This document shows, one piece after another, positions 36,313 to 45,701 of a stretch of DNA of 64,000 bases. Position numbers and translations under genes: made by a program. Where the stretch lies: NCBI GenBank assembly GCA_045535785.1, contig JAZSMH010000060.1, forward strand, positions 66,560 to 130,559, read 5' to 3'. The notes beneath the pieces were generated by a model. The model had not been told where the DNA came from, made no database searches, and was given only the letters and a program-made list of their open reading frames with translations. This DNA is from Clostridia bacterium (GTDB lineage Bacteria; Bacillota; Clostridia; Christensenellales; DTU072). How positions within the stretch are numbered: position 1 is the stretch's first letter; the number at the start of each line of letters is the position of its first letter.

Positions 36313-36438
36313 TATAAAATTTGGGGGATAAGTTTGTGGAAAACCCCCTTTTTATAAAAAGGTGCGTTTTCCACACCTTTCCGCCAAAAATTTTTAGTTA
36401 TTATGAGATTACGTCATTTGCCGTAAGGCATACGTCAT

Positions 36439-36478
36439 AAAAAGGTGTAACGTGGACAAAGCCAATTACACCTTTTTT
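36439..36478. terminator. Palindromic rho-independent terminator downstream of glyQS
   Basis: aaaaaggtgtaa-N15-ttacacctttttt, with A/T runs on both sides. Confidence 0.75.
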
Positions 36479-36559
36479 ATTTATTTCGTAGATAACACCT
36501 GACTTTATAACTGCCACAGCGGCTCGCTGCGACCAATTTGCGTGCAGGGACACTCCCTG

Positions 36560-37948
36560 CTAGTACGCGATATATTTTTCTACGTAAGCAGGAAGTTCTT
36601 CGATAGAGATTCTTACTTGTTCCATAGTATCTCTATCTCTAACGGTGACGGAGTTATCTTCTAGAGTATCGAAGTCAACGGTTACGCACAAGGGGGTGCC
36701 GATTTCGTCTTGACGACGGTAGCGTTTGCCGATAGAGCCCGTTTCGTCATAGGTGCAGGGGAATTTTTTGCTTAGTGCACGATAGATTTCCATAGACTTG
36801 TCGCCAAGTGCTTTCTTTTGTAAAGGAAGTACTGCAACCTTGATAGGTGCGATAGCGGGATGGAAGTGCATTACTACTCTGCTGTCGCCGTTGCCTAAAT
36901 CTTGTTCTTCGTACGCGTTGCAAAGAAGAGCGAGTACCATTCTTTCTACACCGAGTGACGGTTCGATAACGTAAGGAACGTATTTTTCTTGAGTAACGGG
37001 ATCGGTGTACTCTAAATTCTTACCACTTACCTTGGTGTGTGCTTTTAGGTCGTAGTCCGTTCTGTCGGCTATGCCCCAAAGTTCACCCCAACCGAAGGGG
37101 AATTTGTATTCAAAGTCGGTGGTTGCGTTGCTGTAGAAGCATAGTTCTTCGGGATCGTGGTCGCGAAGCTTGAGTCTATCTTCTTTGATGCCTAGACCTA
37201 GTAGCCAATTCTTGCAGAATTCTTTCCAATACGCAAACCATTCTAGGTCGGTGCCGGGTTTGCAGAAAAATTCTAGTTCCATTTGTTCGAACTCTCTTAC
37301 GCGGAAAATGAAGTTACCGGGGGTGATTTCGTTACGGAAGGATTTACCGATTTGACCGATTCCGAAAGGAACTTTTGCACGAGAAGAACGTTGAACGTTA
37401 AGGAAGTTAACGAAAATACCTTGTGCGGTTTCGGGACGTAAATAAAGGGTGCTAACGCTATCTTCGGTTACGCCTTGGAAGGTCTTGAACATAAGGTTGA
37501 ATTGTCTTACGCCCGTGAAGTCCATATTTCCGCAAATGGGGCACTTGATACCGTTGTCGGCAATGTATTTTTCCATAGTTGCGTTATCCCAAGAAGCGAT
37601 ATTCTCTTCGATACCCTTCTTCTTCATGTAGTCTTCGATAAGGTTATCCGCTCTATGGCGCGACTTACAGCTCTTGCAGTCCATAAGGGGATCGCTAAAA
37701 CCGCCTACGTGTCCGCTTGCTACCCAAACGTTGGGGTTCATTAAAATAGCGCAGTCAAGACCTACGTTGTATTCGCTCTCTTGAATGAACTTCTTCCACC
37801 ATGCTTTCTTTACGTTGTTCTTAAGTTCTACGCCCAAAGGACCGTAATCCCACGTGTTAGCGAGACCACCGTAAATTTCGCTACCGCTAAATATAAAGCC
37901 CCTGCCTTTGCATAGTGCGACCAATTTTTCCATAGTTAGTTCTGCCAT
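36560..37948 (-). CDS. glyQS: Glycine--tRNA ligase (dimeric alpha2 type)
   Basis: 462 aa with the typical N-terminus ([28 protein letters not shown]) and class II motifs. Confidence 0.95.
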   Translation of the reverse strand: MAELTMEKLVALCKGRGFIFSGSEIYGGLANTWDYGPLGVELKNNVKKAWWKKFIQESEYNVGLDCAILMNPNVWVASGHVGGFSDPLMDCKSCKSRHRADNLIEDYMKKKGIEENIASWDNATMEKYIADNGIKCPICGNMDFTGVRQFNLMFKTFQGVTEDSVSTLYLRPETAQGIFVNFLNVQRSSRAKVPFGIGQIGKSFRNEITPGNFIFRVREFEQMELEFFCKPGTDLEWFAYWKEFCKNWLLGLGIKEDRLKLRDHDPEELCFYSNATTDFEYKFPFGWGELWGIADRTDYDLKAHTKVSGKNLEYTDPVTQEKYVPYVIEPSLGVERMVLALLCNAYEEQDLGNGDSRVVMHFHPAIAPIKVAVLPLQKKALGDKSMEIYRALSKKFPCTYDETGSIGKRYRRQDEIGTPLCVTVDFDTLEDNSVTVRDRDTMEQVRISIEELPAYVEKYIAY

Positions 37949-38117
37949 AAACTCTCCTTATATCACCTAGTTGTGTTATTAACGTTTTTTTGTAGGCCGT
38001 CACGAAAAACACTTACAAAATGCTAAATTAACGTGACGAAGCCGTTTGATTAATAATAATCAAAATTTTTGTTAAAGTCAACTACATAAAGCACTTTTGA
38101 ATTGAATAACCTATAGT

Positions 38118-38810
38118 ATGAAGAAAAAATACGTAGTTAGTATAATAAGTAACGTGATAATCATAACTTTGCTTGGCGTGCTCTTCTGTGTAACGCATAT
38201 AAATAGCGGTAACTATAGCGACGCGCTCGCGCCTATCTATCGTGGCACCCCCGATAAAAAACAGGTGGGAATAATGATTAACGTGTACGAAGGGAGCGAG
38301 TACGTAGATAAAATATTAAAAATCCTTGATAAGTATAGCGTAAGTTGTACTTTTTTCGTAGGGGGAATTTGGGCGCAGAAAAATAACGCCCTGCTTAAAG
38401 AAATGTCCTATCGTGCGGAAATCGGTAATCACGGGTATTTGCACTTAAACCATTCAAAACTAAGCGAAGAAAAAAACTATGAAGAAATAATGCTATGCCA
38501 TAACCTTGTAAAAGCGGTAACTAGTATAGAAATGAACCTTTTTGCTCCCCCGTCCGGTGACTACGGGAAAGAAACGTTGAAGGTATGTCAAGACAATAAT
38601 TACAAGGTGATAATGTGGAGCAAGGATACTATCGATTGGAGAGATAAAAACCCTGATACGGTAACCGCGCGCGCGACTACGGATATCCAAAACGGTGATT
38701 TGATATTAATGCACCCTACTGAACATACGGTGAGTGCGTTACCTACTATAATAGAATTTTATTTAGACAACGGTTTTAATATAGTGACGGTAAGCGAGAT
38801 ACTAAAATAG
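38118..38810 (+). CDS. Polysaccharide deacetylase family protein (NodB homology domain), membrane-anchored
   Basis: N-terminal TM. CTFFVGGIW...EIGNHGYLH motifs, typical of PdaB-like deacetylases. Confidence 0.8.
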   Translation: MKKKYVVSIISNVIIITLLGVLFCVTHINSGNYSDALAPIYRGTPDKKQVGIMINVYEGSEYVDKILKILDKYSVSCTFFVGGIWAQKNNALLKEMSYRAEIGNHGYLHLNHSKLSEEKNYEEIMLCHNLVKAVTSIEMNLFAPPSGDYGKETLKVCQDNNYKVIMWSKDTIDWRDKNPDTVTARATTDIQNGDLILMHPTEHTVSALPTIIEFYLDNGFNIVTVSEILK

Positions 38811-38850
38811 GCTTACTTTTATTTTGATACTTAACTAAGTAAATAAGCAC

Positions 38851-38879
38851 TTGCAAGGAAGAAGAATTTATAGTATAAT
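38851..38879 (+). promoter_or_regulatory. Promoter for the membrane protein-ybaB-recR unit
   Basis: TTGCAA, a 17-nt spacer, then TATAAT. Confidence 0.6.
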
Positions 38880-38922
38880 ATTATACGTATTTTGTACTAA
38901 TAATAAAAGTAGGTGTGAATTT

Positions 38923-39417
38923 ATGAAAAATTCTAAAATATCCAAAAAGACGGCAATTATTATTATCTGTGCGCTTGTACTCGTCGTTATTGGCGGCGTG
39001 CTAGGTGCGGTGCTTGGACATCAGGCGTATTTAGGCAACAAGAAGGCGGAGATAGTTAACTACGCTAGCACTTCTAGCAGTGATTTTTATATGAAAGACA
39101 GCGGTATGCTTTTTTACAAATACGATGCTGAAGATACCGTTGTTAAGGTAAAAGAATTCGTAGAAGTAAGCGAAGGTGCTACCCTTAATATTCTTAACGT
39201 ACTAACCTATGCTAACGGCGAATTAAAAACCACTTCTAACCTAAGCGGTGAACTTAGCGTTGCAAGCGGCGAGAGATATTTCGTTATTACCGAAGTAATA
39301 TCGATGGGTGGTAACAAGAAAAACGGATACGTAATTGAAGTAGCGTCTATTGACAACAACGACAACGTCTTCCCTATGATTGAAGACTTATACAAAGATT
39401 TTATAACTATTGAATAA
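38923..39417 (+). CDS. Membrane-anchored hypothetical protein (164 aa)
   Basis: The ATG at 38923 is preceded by AGGTG. The sequence MKNSKISKKTAIIIICALVLVVIGGVLGAVLG is a single TM. The track's TTG start at 38851 coincides with the -35 box and is unlikely. Confidence 0.7.
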   Translation: MKNSKISKKTAIIIICALVLVVIGGVLGAVLGHQAYLGNKKAEIVNYASTSSSDFYMKDSGMLFYKYDAEDTVVKVKEFVEVSEGATLNILNVLTYANGELKTTSNLSGELSVASGERYFVITEVISMGGNKKNGYVIEVASIDNNDNVFPMIEDLYKDFITIE

Positions 39418-39429
39418 AGGAGTAACGTT

Positions 39430-39783
39430 ATGGCAAAATTTAACGGATACGGTGGATACGGCGGTGGTGGTGCTAATATGCAACAACTTATGCGCCAAGC
39501 TCAAAAAATGCAAGCGGATTTAGCTGCGGCACAAGAAGAATTAGCTGATACCGAAGTAGTCGCTACTAGTGGTGGTGGTATGGTAGAAGTAGTAATGTCG
39601 TGTGATAGAAAGATATCTTCTATTACTATTAATCCCGCAGTAGTTGATCCTGACGACGTAGAAATGCTAGAAGATATGATAATGGCGGGTATCAACGAAG
39701 CAATGGCACTCGTTGAAGAAGAACACGAACGTATTATGGGACCGCTTACCGGTGGTCTTGGCGGACTTGGGGGCTTGATGTAA
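39430..39783 (+). CDS. ybaB: Nucleoid-associated protein YbaB/EbfC
   Basis: 117 aa. MQQLMRQAQKMQADLAAAQEEL...GGGMVEVVMSCDRKISSITINP is typical of the family. Confidence 0.92.
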   Translation: MAKFNGYGGYGGGGANMQQLMRQAQKMQADLAAAQEELADTEVVATSGGGMVEVVMSCDRKISSITINPAVVDPDDVEMLEDMIMAGINEAMALVEEEHERIMGPLTGGLGGLGGLM

Positions 39784-40364
39784 TGCAATCGGAAAGCCTA
39801 GATAAGTTGGTGGCGAGCTTTCGTAAACTCCCCGGTGTCGGTGCAAAAACCGCGCTTAGGTATGCGTATAGTGTGATAGAGAATTCCGATGAATATGCGG
39901 AAACTTTTGCGCAGAACATTCTTGACGTTAAGCAAAATATAAAGTTTTGTACCGTTTGCGGTAACTATACCGAGGACGAGGTGTGTTCTATCTGTAAAAA
40001 CCGCAGTCACAAAACGATATGCGTAGTTGCGCAACCCAAAGACGTCGATAGTTTTGAAAAAATGGGTTGTTACGACGGCGTATATCACGTGCTACACGGC
40101 GTACTTGATTTTCAAAACGGCATAGACGCGGATAAGATAAGGATAAAAGAGCTTATTTCTCGTCTATCGGGTGTGGAAGAAATAATAGTCGCTACTAACC
40201 CTGACGTATGCGGTGAACTTACGGGGGCGTACTTAGCTAACACGATAAAACCGCTTGGAATTAAGGTATCTCGCCTTGCGTACGGAATTAGCATAGGAAG
40301 TGAGATTGAATACGCGGACGAAATAACCTTGCAACGCGCGTTAAACGATAGAAAAGCTTTGTAA
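39783..40364 (+). CDS. recR: Recombination protein RecR
   Basis: 193 aa. HhH element (LPGVGAKTALRYAY), C4 zinc finger (CTVCGNYTEDEVCSIC) and a Toprim region. Confidence 0.95.
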   Translation: MQSESLDKLVASFRKLPGVGAKTALRYAYSVIENSDEYAETFAQNILDVKQNIKFCTVCGNYTEDEVCSICKNRSHKTICVVAQPKDVDSFEKMGCYDGVYHVLHGVLDFQNGIDADKIRIKELISRLSGVEEIIVATNPDVCGELTGAYLANTIKPLGIKVSRLAYGISIGSEIEYADEITLQRALNDRKAL

Positions 40365-40820
40365 ATCGGCATAAACTACCGACAAGAATACGAAAAACAT
40401 AAATAGATACCAAAAAAAGTTAGGAAGCACGCACACCCATAGGTGATGCGTGTTTTTTAACGTCACGATTAATACTACTATCATAGTTATTATAATCGCG
40501 CAAAAGACAATAGACGAGATAACAAAAGAGTGCAACCTAAAAAAGGTGAAACAAAATACCACGTTGAGAATAACGAATATTATCAATAAAAAAGAGTACC
40601 TTGTGAGTTTTGAATTGACAACGAACTCCCCTATCGTGATAGCGGTGCAAATATAGCTAAAAAGCCAAAAGAAGGTGTAGAATTTCTCTCCAAAATCGGG
40701 TTTAATTAGGTTGTCGTACCAATAACTATGGGTGGTCATAAAGAGAGCGTTGAAGCTAGAAAGCATCACAACAACCGATAATCCTAGAGTTAGCCCCAAC
40801 GCGCGTAAATAACTTCTCAT
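40341..40820 (-). CDS. TspO/MBR-family tryptophan-rich membrane protein (tentative)
   Basis: 159 aa with about 5 TM segments. WYDNLIKPDF...FFWLFSYI resembles the TspO signature. Its 3' end overlaps the recR 3' end by 24 nt (convergent genes). Confidence 0.55.
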   Translation of the reverse strand: MRSYLRALGLTLGLSVVVMLSSFNALFMTTHSYWYDNLIKPDFGEKFYTFFWLFSYICTAITIGEFVVNSKLTRYSFLLIIFVILNVVFCFTFFRLHSFVISSIVFCAIIITMIVVLIVTLKNTHHLWVCVLPNFFWYLFMFFVFLSVVYADLQSFSIV

Positions 40821-40879
40821 ATTCTAATTCTTGAGTCCGCTTCCAACGGATGGCTCTGGAAGAGTGCCGAAAGGCACTC

Positions 40880-42310
40880 TTAGCTTGCGGAGAAAGTGGT
40901 GGCGATACCGCCGCCGCAGAGCCATCCGTTAATAAGTCCAGTAACGTCCGAACCGAGTTTTTTCTCCGCACATTTTTTCATATCTTCTAAACTTGCAACT
41001 TTACCATTAAACTCATCGAAGTAATACTTTAAGAATGCGTTGAATTTATCTTCGCCGTAGATACGGTATAGATTATCGAACATCATTGCGCCCTTATTAT
41101 AGATAACCATATAATATTGATATTCAACGTAGTCGTAGATGGGGTTATCCATACTTAAATCAAGTTTATCTTTGCGCATACTTTGAAGTTTTTCATACCT
41201 TGTATACGCTCTTGATATTGCTTTCATCTCTTCATTGAATTTATCTTCGTTACCGATAAGCTTTTTGTAATAAGCGGTACAAAAAGTGACTAGACCTTCG
41301 TCAAGGACGCTCTCTTTTATGCTGTCGCTACCTACCATTCCGTACCACCATTGATGGGCTGTTTCGTGAATTACCGTAGTAGGGACGTCTTTACTAAGAG
41401 TGCTTACGTAAACTAGTCCGCTATACTCCATACCTTCGTAATCAAAGGGCGTACGCACTACGCTATACGTAGGATATTGATATTTACCAAAAGTATCGGA
41501 AAAAGTCTTCAACGCGCTAACTGCTAAATTAAGGGTATCTTGCGCATTCTCGTCTTCTTCATAAAAGTAGTAAACGTTCGTTTCCCCTACTTTATCGCTA
41601 AGCACTTGAAAATCGCTATTAAGCACCATACAGTAGTCGCGCATACCTACGCCTGACGTACTTATCGTTTGTTTATCGTTTGTATCGGTTGTAGAATTAA
41701 TTTTACCACTAGACGCTACCACCATATTTTTGTTACAAGTAAGGTTAACGGTGTAGTCGGCAATTTCGCTTACGAAGGGATCGCCTACGGTAGAATAGTC
41801 GTCTAATCTAAACGCGCCCTCCTCTACGTATGCTAGTTGTGGATAAAAATTGCTTAAATTGTAATAACCGTCGTAGTAACCTAATCTTAAACCGCATTCA
41901 GCTAACGTAACGGTATATTCAAAGGTGATATCGATTTCTTCACCTTTTTTTAATTCTTTATGGTTGACGATAACGTATTCTTTATTCTCGGAATACTCTA
42001 TATTGGCGTTATTCCCATCTACGGTAACGCTCTTAACGTCTATACCACCGTAGGTAGATAGGGGGACTTTGTATGCAGGATTAACCGCGTCTTCACGATA
42101 GCAGTTAGGATAAAGGTGAAAAACGCTCGCACATAAATTATCGCCTAGATAATTATCGTAGCTGACCGTCTGCTTGGCTGTCATTACGTTATCTTCTAAT
42201 ACTAAATCTATAACGTATTCGATATCGGGCTCGATTTCTTTTTTGCCATTACACGCAAATAGGCAAAATACTAACAAAACAACTAACGTAAAAAATAAAA
42301 ATTTTCGCAT
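40880..42310 (-). CDS. M1-family zinc metallopeptidase lipoprotein
   Basis: Lipobox LVFCLFAC. HExxH-X18-E zinc site (VIHETAHQWWYGMVGSDSIKESVLDEGL). Confidence 0.85.
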   Translation of the reverse strand: MRKFLFFTLVVLLVFCLFACNGKKEIEPDIEYVIDLVLEDNVMTAKQTVSYDNYLGDNLCASVFHLYPNCYREDAVNPAYKVPLSTYGGIDVKSVTVDGNNANIEYSENKEYVIVNHKELKKGEEIDITFEYTVTLAECGLRLGYYDGYYNLSNFYPQLAYVEEGAFRLDDYSTVGDPFVSEIADYTVNLTCNKNMVVASSGKINSTTDTNDKQTISTSGVGMRDYCMVLNSDFQVLSDKVGETNVYYFYEEDENAQDTLNLAVSALKTFSDTFGKYQYPTYSVVRTPFDYEGMEYSGLVYVSTLSKDVPTTVIHETAHQWWYGMVGSDSIKESVLDEGLVTFCTAYYKKLIGNEDKFNEEMKAISRAYTRYEKLQSMRKDKLDLSMDNPIYDYVEYQYYMVIYNKGAMMFDNLYRIYGEDKFNAFLKYYFDEFNGKVASLEDMKKCAEKKLGSDVTGLINGWLCGGGIATTFSAS

Positions 42311-42473
42311 AATACCTCAAATTGTTATACAATATTCGTGCGAAAGTAGAAATATTACAATTTACTTTTTTTTTACTTTTTCAATATTGGATAAACCTCC
42401 CCATTTTACGTTGACTTTATTATTTTTTTAAGTTATTATATAGGTACGAAACAGCTCATAATTTTCCCCCTTA

Positions 42474-42522
42474 TCATAAAAAAGAAACGGAGTTCTCACC
42501 AATAAGAGCTCCGTTTCTTTTT
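42474..42522 (-). terminator. Rho-independent terminator after dnaX
   Basis: Minus sense: aaagaaacggag-N16-ctccgtttcttt, followed by tttatgat. Confidence 0.75.
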
Positions 42523-42574
42523 GTATTCTTTTTTTATAACTACGTCACGAAAAATGGTCGAATTGTAGCGTTTT

Positions 42575-44218
42575 TTACTTCCTAAAATTAACCTGTCCGT
42601 TGAATGATTCCATTATTTTTGCCTTGGACTCGGGATTCATGCCTTTTTTTTCGGGTGGTAGACAGGTAAACGTGTAATCGATGCCCGACACCTCTTTTAT
42701 AAGCTTGGTTAATATTCCACGCCTATAGTTATCTATAAGCATCTCGTACGTTGCTTCATCGTTACATCTAAGAATAAACTCTTTATCTCTAAGCGTAACT
42801 CCGCTGTCGATGGTTTCGCAAACTATCTTGAGAGTCATTTCGCTACTTGCTTCTAGCTTTTGCTTAACTCGCTCCCATATTTCCATTGCTCTACCTACGC
42901 TCTCGCTGTCTGCTTGTACTTCTTCTTCCTTGAATACGAGCTTATCTGCGTTGGTTTCTTCCTTAAGTCCCATTTTTTTCAACAAATCGGTAGCTTTGTT
43001 GGCTACGGGGGTGGGTTGGGCGGGCGCTTCCTCGACGACAACCGTTTTTACGCTACTCACCTTTACACCTTCACTTTTTAGCTGATCGAGCTCGTGCTCT
43101 AATTCTTTGACTCTATTAATTACTCCGTCGACGTTAACTTCGGTGGTAAGGCTACACGCCTTGACAACGTTGGCTTCGAACAAAATTCTCGGTTGAGATG
43201 CAAAGCGAAGTTGGCTTTCTAGACTAGCCATTATTTCCATAGCGCGAGAAATTTTGTAATTAGTGTAATCACCTGCTCTTGCTTTCAAAATTTTGCGTTC
43301 GTTGTCGGTGATACTACTTAATTTACAATTAGGCACGTTTTTTATAGTGATAAGAGAATTGTAGTAAGAAGCAAGCTCTCTAGCGACGTTATTCCTACCG
43401 CTTTTTTGTAATTGCTCGGACAGGGTGAGCGCGTTACCTACGTCACCGTCCAAAATTGCGGTAGCTAGTCTATCTAAAGTGGAAAAATCGGTTGCACACA
43501 AGATATCAAGGGTGTCTTCGTAGGTTACGTTGCCGTTACAGTACGACATACAGGTGTCGGCAATGCTTAGCGTATCACGCACGCTTCCTTCACCTTGAAT
43601 AGCTATTTTCGTCAAGGCACGTTCGTCATAGCCTACTTTTAGCTCGGCAAATACCTCTTTTAGAAGATTGACAAGTTCTTCTACTTCTACCAATCTAAAA
43701 TCAAATCTTATACAGCGGGAAAGAATGGTTTGGGGAAGTTTTTGCACTTCGGTAGTTGCTAAAATGAACACTACGTGCTTGGGCGGTTCTTCCAAAGTTT
43801 TTAACAAAGCGTTGAAAGCGGATCCCGTCAACATATGAACTTCGTCTATAATGTAAACTTTGTATTTACCCATAGTGGGTAAGAACATCGCGTTCTCTCT
43901 AAGTTGTCTAATTTCGTCAACACCGTTGTTGCTAGCTGCGTCCATTTCTATTATATCAATGGTACCGCTCTCGAGCGCTAGACAGTTAGCGCACTTACCG
44001 CAAGGTGAACCGTTAACGGGAGTGAGGCAATTTACCGCGCGCGCAAAAATCTTGGCGCAGGAGGTTTTACCCGTACCGCGCGTGCCTGTAAAGAGATAAG
44101 CGTGCCCTATATTGCCGCTTTTTATCTGATTAGTAAGCGTCCTAACGACGTGTTTTTGTCCGATAACCTTATCAAAAGTCGTCGGTCTAAATCTTCTGTA
44201 TATTGATGCGTATTCCAT
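42575..44218 (-). CDS. dnaX: DNA polymerase III subunit gamma/tau
   Basis: 547 aa. Walker A GTRGTGKTS, zinc module CGKCANC and a clamp-loader AAA+ core. Confidence 0.95.
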   Translation of the reverse strand: MEYASIYRRFRPTTFDKVIGQKHVVRTLTNQIKSGNIGHAYLFTGTRGTGKTSCAKIFARAVNCLTPVNGSPCGKCANCLALESGTIDIIEMDAASNNGVDEIRQLRENAMFLPTMGKYKVYIIDEVHMLTGSAFNALLKTLEEPPKHVVFILATTEVQKLPQTILSRCIRFDFRLVEVEELVNLLKEVFAELKVGYDERALTKIAIQGEGSVRDTLSIADTCMSYCNGNVTYEDTLDILCATDFSTLDRLATAILDGDVGNALTLSEQLQKSGRNNVARELASYYNSLITIKNVPNCKLSSITDNERKILKARAGDYTNYKISRAMEIMASLESQLRFASQPRILFEANVVKACSLTTEVNVDGVINRVKELEHELDQLKSEGVKVSSVKTVVVEEAPAQPTPVANKATDLLKKMGLKEETNADKLVFKEEEVQADSESVGRAMEIWERVKQKLEASSEMTLKIVCETIDSGVTLRDKEFILRCNDEATYEMLIDNYRRGILTKLIKEVSGIDYTFTCLPPEKKGMNPESKAKIMESFNGQVNFRK

Positions 44219-44304
44219 AACTTAAGTATACCCCAAAAAAACCTTAATTGCAACGCATAATTATTAAAAATAAGGCAAAAATACCTTAAAAAGGAGAATT
44301 GATT

Positions 44305-44475
44305 ATGGATATGAGAACTGAAAGCACACCCGTAGATAAAAAGCAGGCGGAAAAGCCCGCGGTATACCGCTGTACGAGCTGTGGCGTTACTATGCAAAGC
44401 AACGGCACGCCTAAAGTTTGTCCTAAATGTGACAACGCGCACTTTTTTAAGGTGGATAATACGAAAAAGAATTAG
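44305..44475 (+). CDS. Small zinc-ribbon protein (56 aa), not in the ORF track
   Basis: RBS AAGGAG 8 nt upstream of the ATG. Sequence: MDMRTESTPVDKKQAEKPAVYRCTSCGVTMQSNGTPKVCPKCDNAHFFKVDNTKKN, with CxxC-X15-CxxC. It is divergent from dnaX and its stop overlaps the histidine kinase stop by 4 nt. Confidence 0.6.
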   Translation: MDMRTESTPVDKKQAEKPAVYRCTSCGVTMQSNGTPKVCPKCDNAHFFKVDNTKKN

Positions 44476-45701
44476 CCTTCCTTAAAGACGCAGATGAACT
44501 CGGTGTACTTAGCAACTTCGCTATCTACACCGATTCTACCGTCCATAGAATCTACTATTGCTTTGGCTATGGCTAGACCTAGCCCAAAACTTCCGCCCCC
44601 CGAGTGCGATTCGTCCGCTCTATAGAATCTATCGAAAAGTTTTGGCAATTTTTCTTTTTCTATACCCTCGCCTTCATTGTAGACTCTTAGTATAACTTTA
44701 CGCTTCTCTATCGATAATTTTAGCCTTATTTCTTTGCCAAAAGGCGTGTATTTGATAGCGTTATCTAGTAGTATGTAGACTAATTTTTCTAAATCTTGCT
44801 TTCTACCCTTGACGAAAACGTCTTCTTGTACGTTAGACGTAAGCATTGCGCCCTTTTCAAAGGCAACGGTTTCCGTCTCAAGCACTACGCTTTCTACAAT
44901 GGTAGAAAAGTTAATTCGCTCTAAACTTTGCTTTTCTTTCATACCTTCAACCCTGGCTAAAACGAGCATTTCGTTAATCATTTCGCTCATTCTTTGCGTC
45001 TGGGTAGCAATACCTGAAAGCCATTTTTTTTGTTCTTCCGTCAAATTATCGTAGGAATTAATAATAGAAAGGTTGGTGTTGATTATGGTGAGAGGTGTTT
45101 TTAATTCGTGCGAAGCGTTAGCGACAAGCTCTTTTTGCTTAAAAAACGCGTCCTCGACGGTGGCAAAGCTTTTTCCGTTAAAACGTATTACCAATATAGA
45201 AACGACCAAAATAACGGCAAATGCGGTCATTAAAATGGTGATTACGTTAACCGTGTACGTGGTGTAGTCGTGAGTATAGTCATAGCAACAGACTATTGCG
45301 GTATATGCGCCCGAGCCTACGTTGTCGACCACCTTATAGGCGATATTCTTATCGTCGATTTTTACCTTATCTTCTTGCCTATTCTTGATTACTTCTATTA
45401 GTTGTACGAGAGTTTCTTCACTATAAAACTCCTTATCCGATACTTTGTATCCGCCGTCTTCTCTTAGTGCGATAATAAGTGAGTTACGGTATACTGAATC
45501 GTATTTATCGTCGGGATTGGGCACTCCTTGGTTTTGGAAAAAATCTCTATATGATTCTTCTAGAATTGCTATTTTTTTGTCTACTTCGGTGATCATTCTA
45601 CTGTAAATAAACAAGCCGACGAACGTAAAAACTACCGCCATTACCAAAGCAACGACGGCAATCTGATACAATGCGGCACGTTTTTTTACACGAGAAAGCA
45701 T
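44472..45701 (-). CDS. Sensor histidine kinase (two TM segments, HisKA plus HATPase_c)
   Basis: H-box SHELKTPLT. N/G boxes (LDNAIKYTP, GGSFGLGLAIAK). 409 aa. Confidence 0.9.
   Translation of the reverse strand: MLSRVKKRAALYQIAVVALVMAVVFTFVGLFIYSRMITEVDKKIAILEESYRDFFQNQGVPNPDDKYDSVYRNSLIIALREDGGYKVSDKEFYSEETLVQLIEVIKNRQEDKVKIDDKNIAYKVVDNVGSGAYTAIVCCYDYTHDYTTYTVNVITILMTAFAVILVVSILVIRFNGKSFATVEDAFFKQKELVANASHELKTPLTIINTNLSIINSYDNLTEEQKKWLSGIATQTQRMSEMINEMLVLARVEGMKEKQSLERINFSTIVESVVLETETVAFEKGAMLTSNVQEDVFVKGRKQDLEKLVYILLDNAIKYTPFGKEIRLKLSIEKRKVILRVYNEGEGIEKEKLPKLFDRFYRADESHSGGGSFGLGLAIAKAIVDSMDGRIGVDSEVAKYTEFICVFKEG

Noticed and set aside
36330-36395. Mutually exclusive hairpins (aaaggtg…caccttt, gtggaaaac…gttttccac and ccttttt-at-aaaaagg) that look like a riboswitch expression platform
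   Set aside because: They lie upstream of the -35 box of the next gene and downstream of the main glyQS terminator. They would be transcribed only by read-through, so a back-up terminator is more likely.
37949-38117. A T-box leader was expected upstream of glyQS
   Set aside because: The leader is only about 170 nt. I could not see a specifier, a T-box sequence or a terminator/antiterminator pair. There is only one modest hairpin (gtcacg…cgtgac). An Rfam scan would be decisive.
40756-40971. A 71-aa minus-strand ORF and two hairpins between the M1 peptidase and TspO-like genes
   Set aside because: The ORF overlaps the peptidase 3' end out of frame. The hairpins (aagagtgcc-tttc-ggcactctt and cttcca-N11-tggaag) lack U-tails, so I do not call a terminator with confidence.
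42636-42660. An A-rich slippery run (GAA AAA AAA GGC) in dnaX as a possible gamma-subunit frameshift site
   Set aside because: It lies about 25 codons from the stop, so a shift there could not produce a truncated gamma-like product. It is probably just a Lys-Lys codon run.
44122-44442. A 106-aa minus-strand ORF upstream of dnaX
   Set aside because: It overlaps the dnaX 5' end, lacks an RBS and is antisense to a much more convincing zinc-ribbon ORF (44305-44475).
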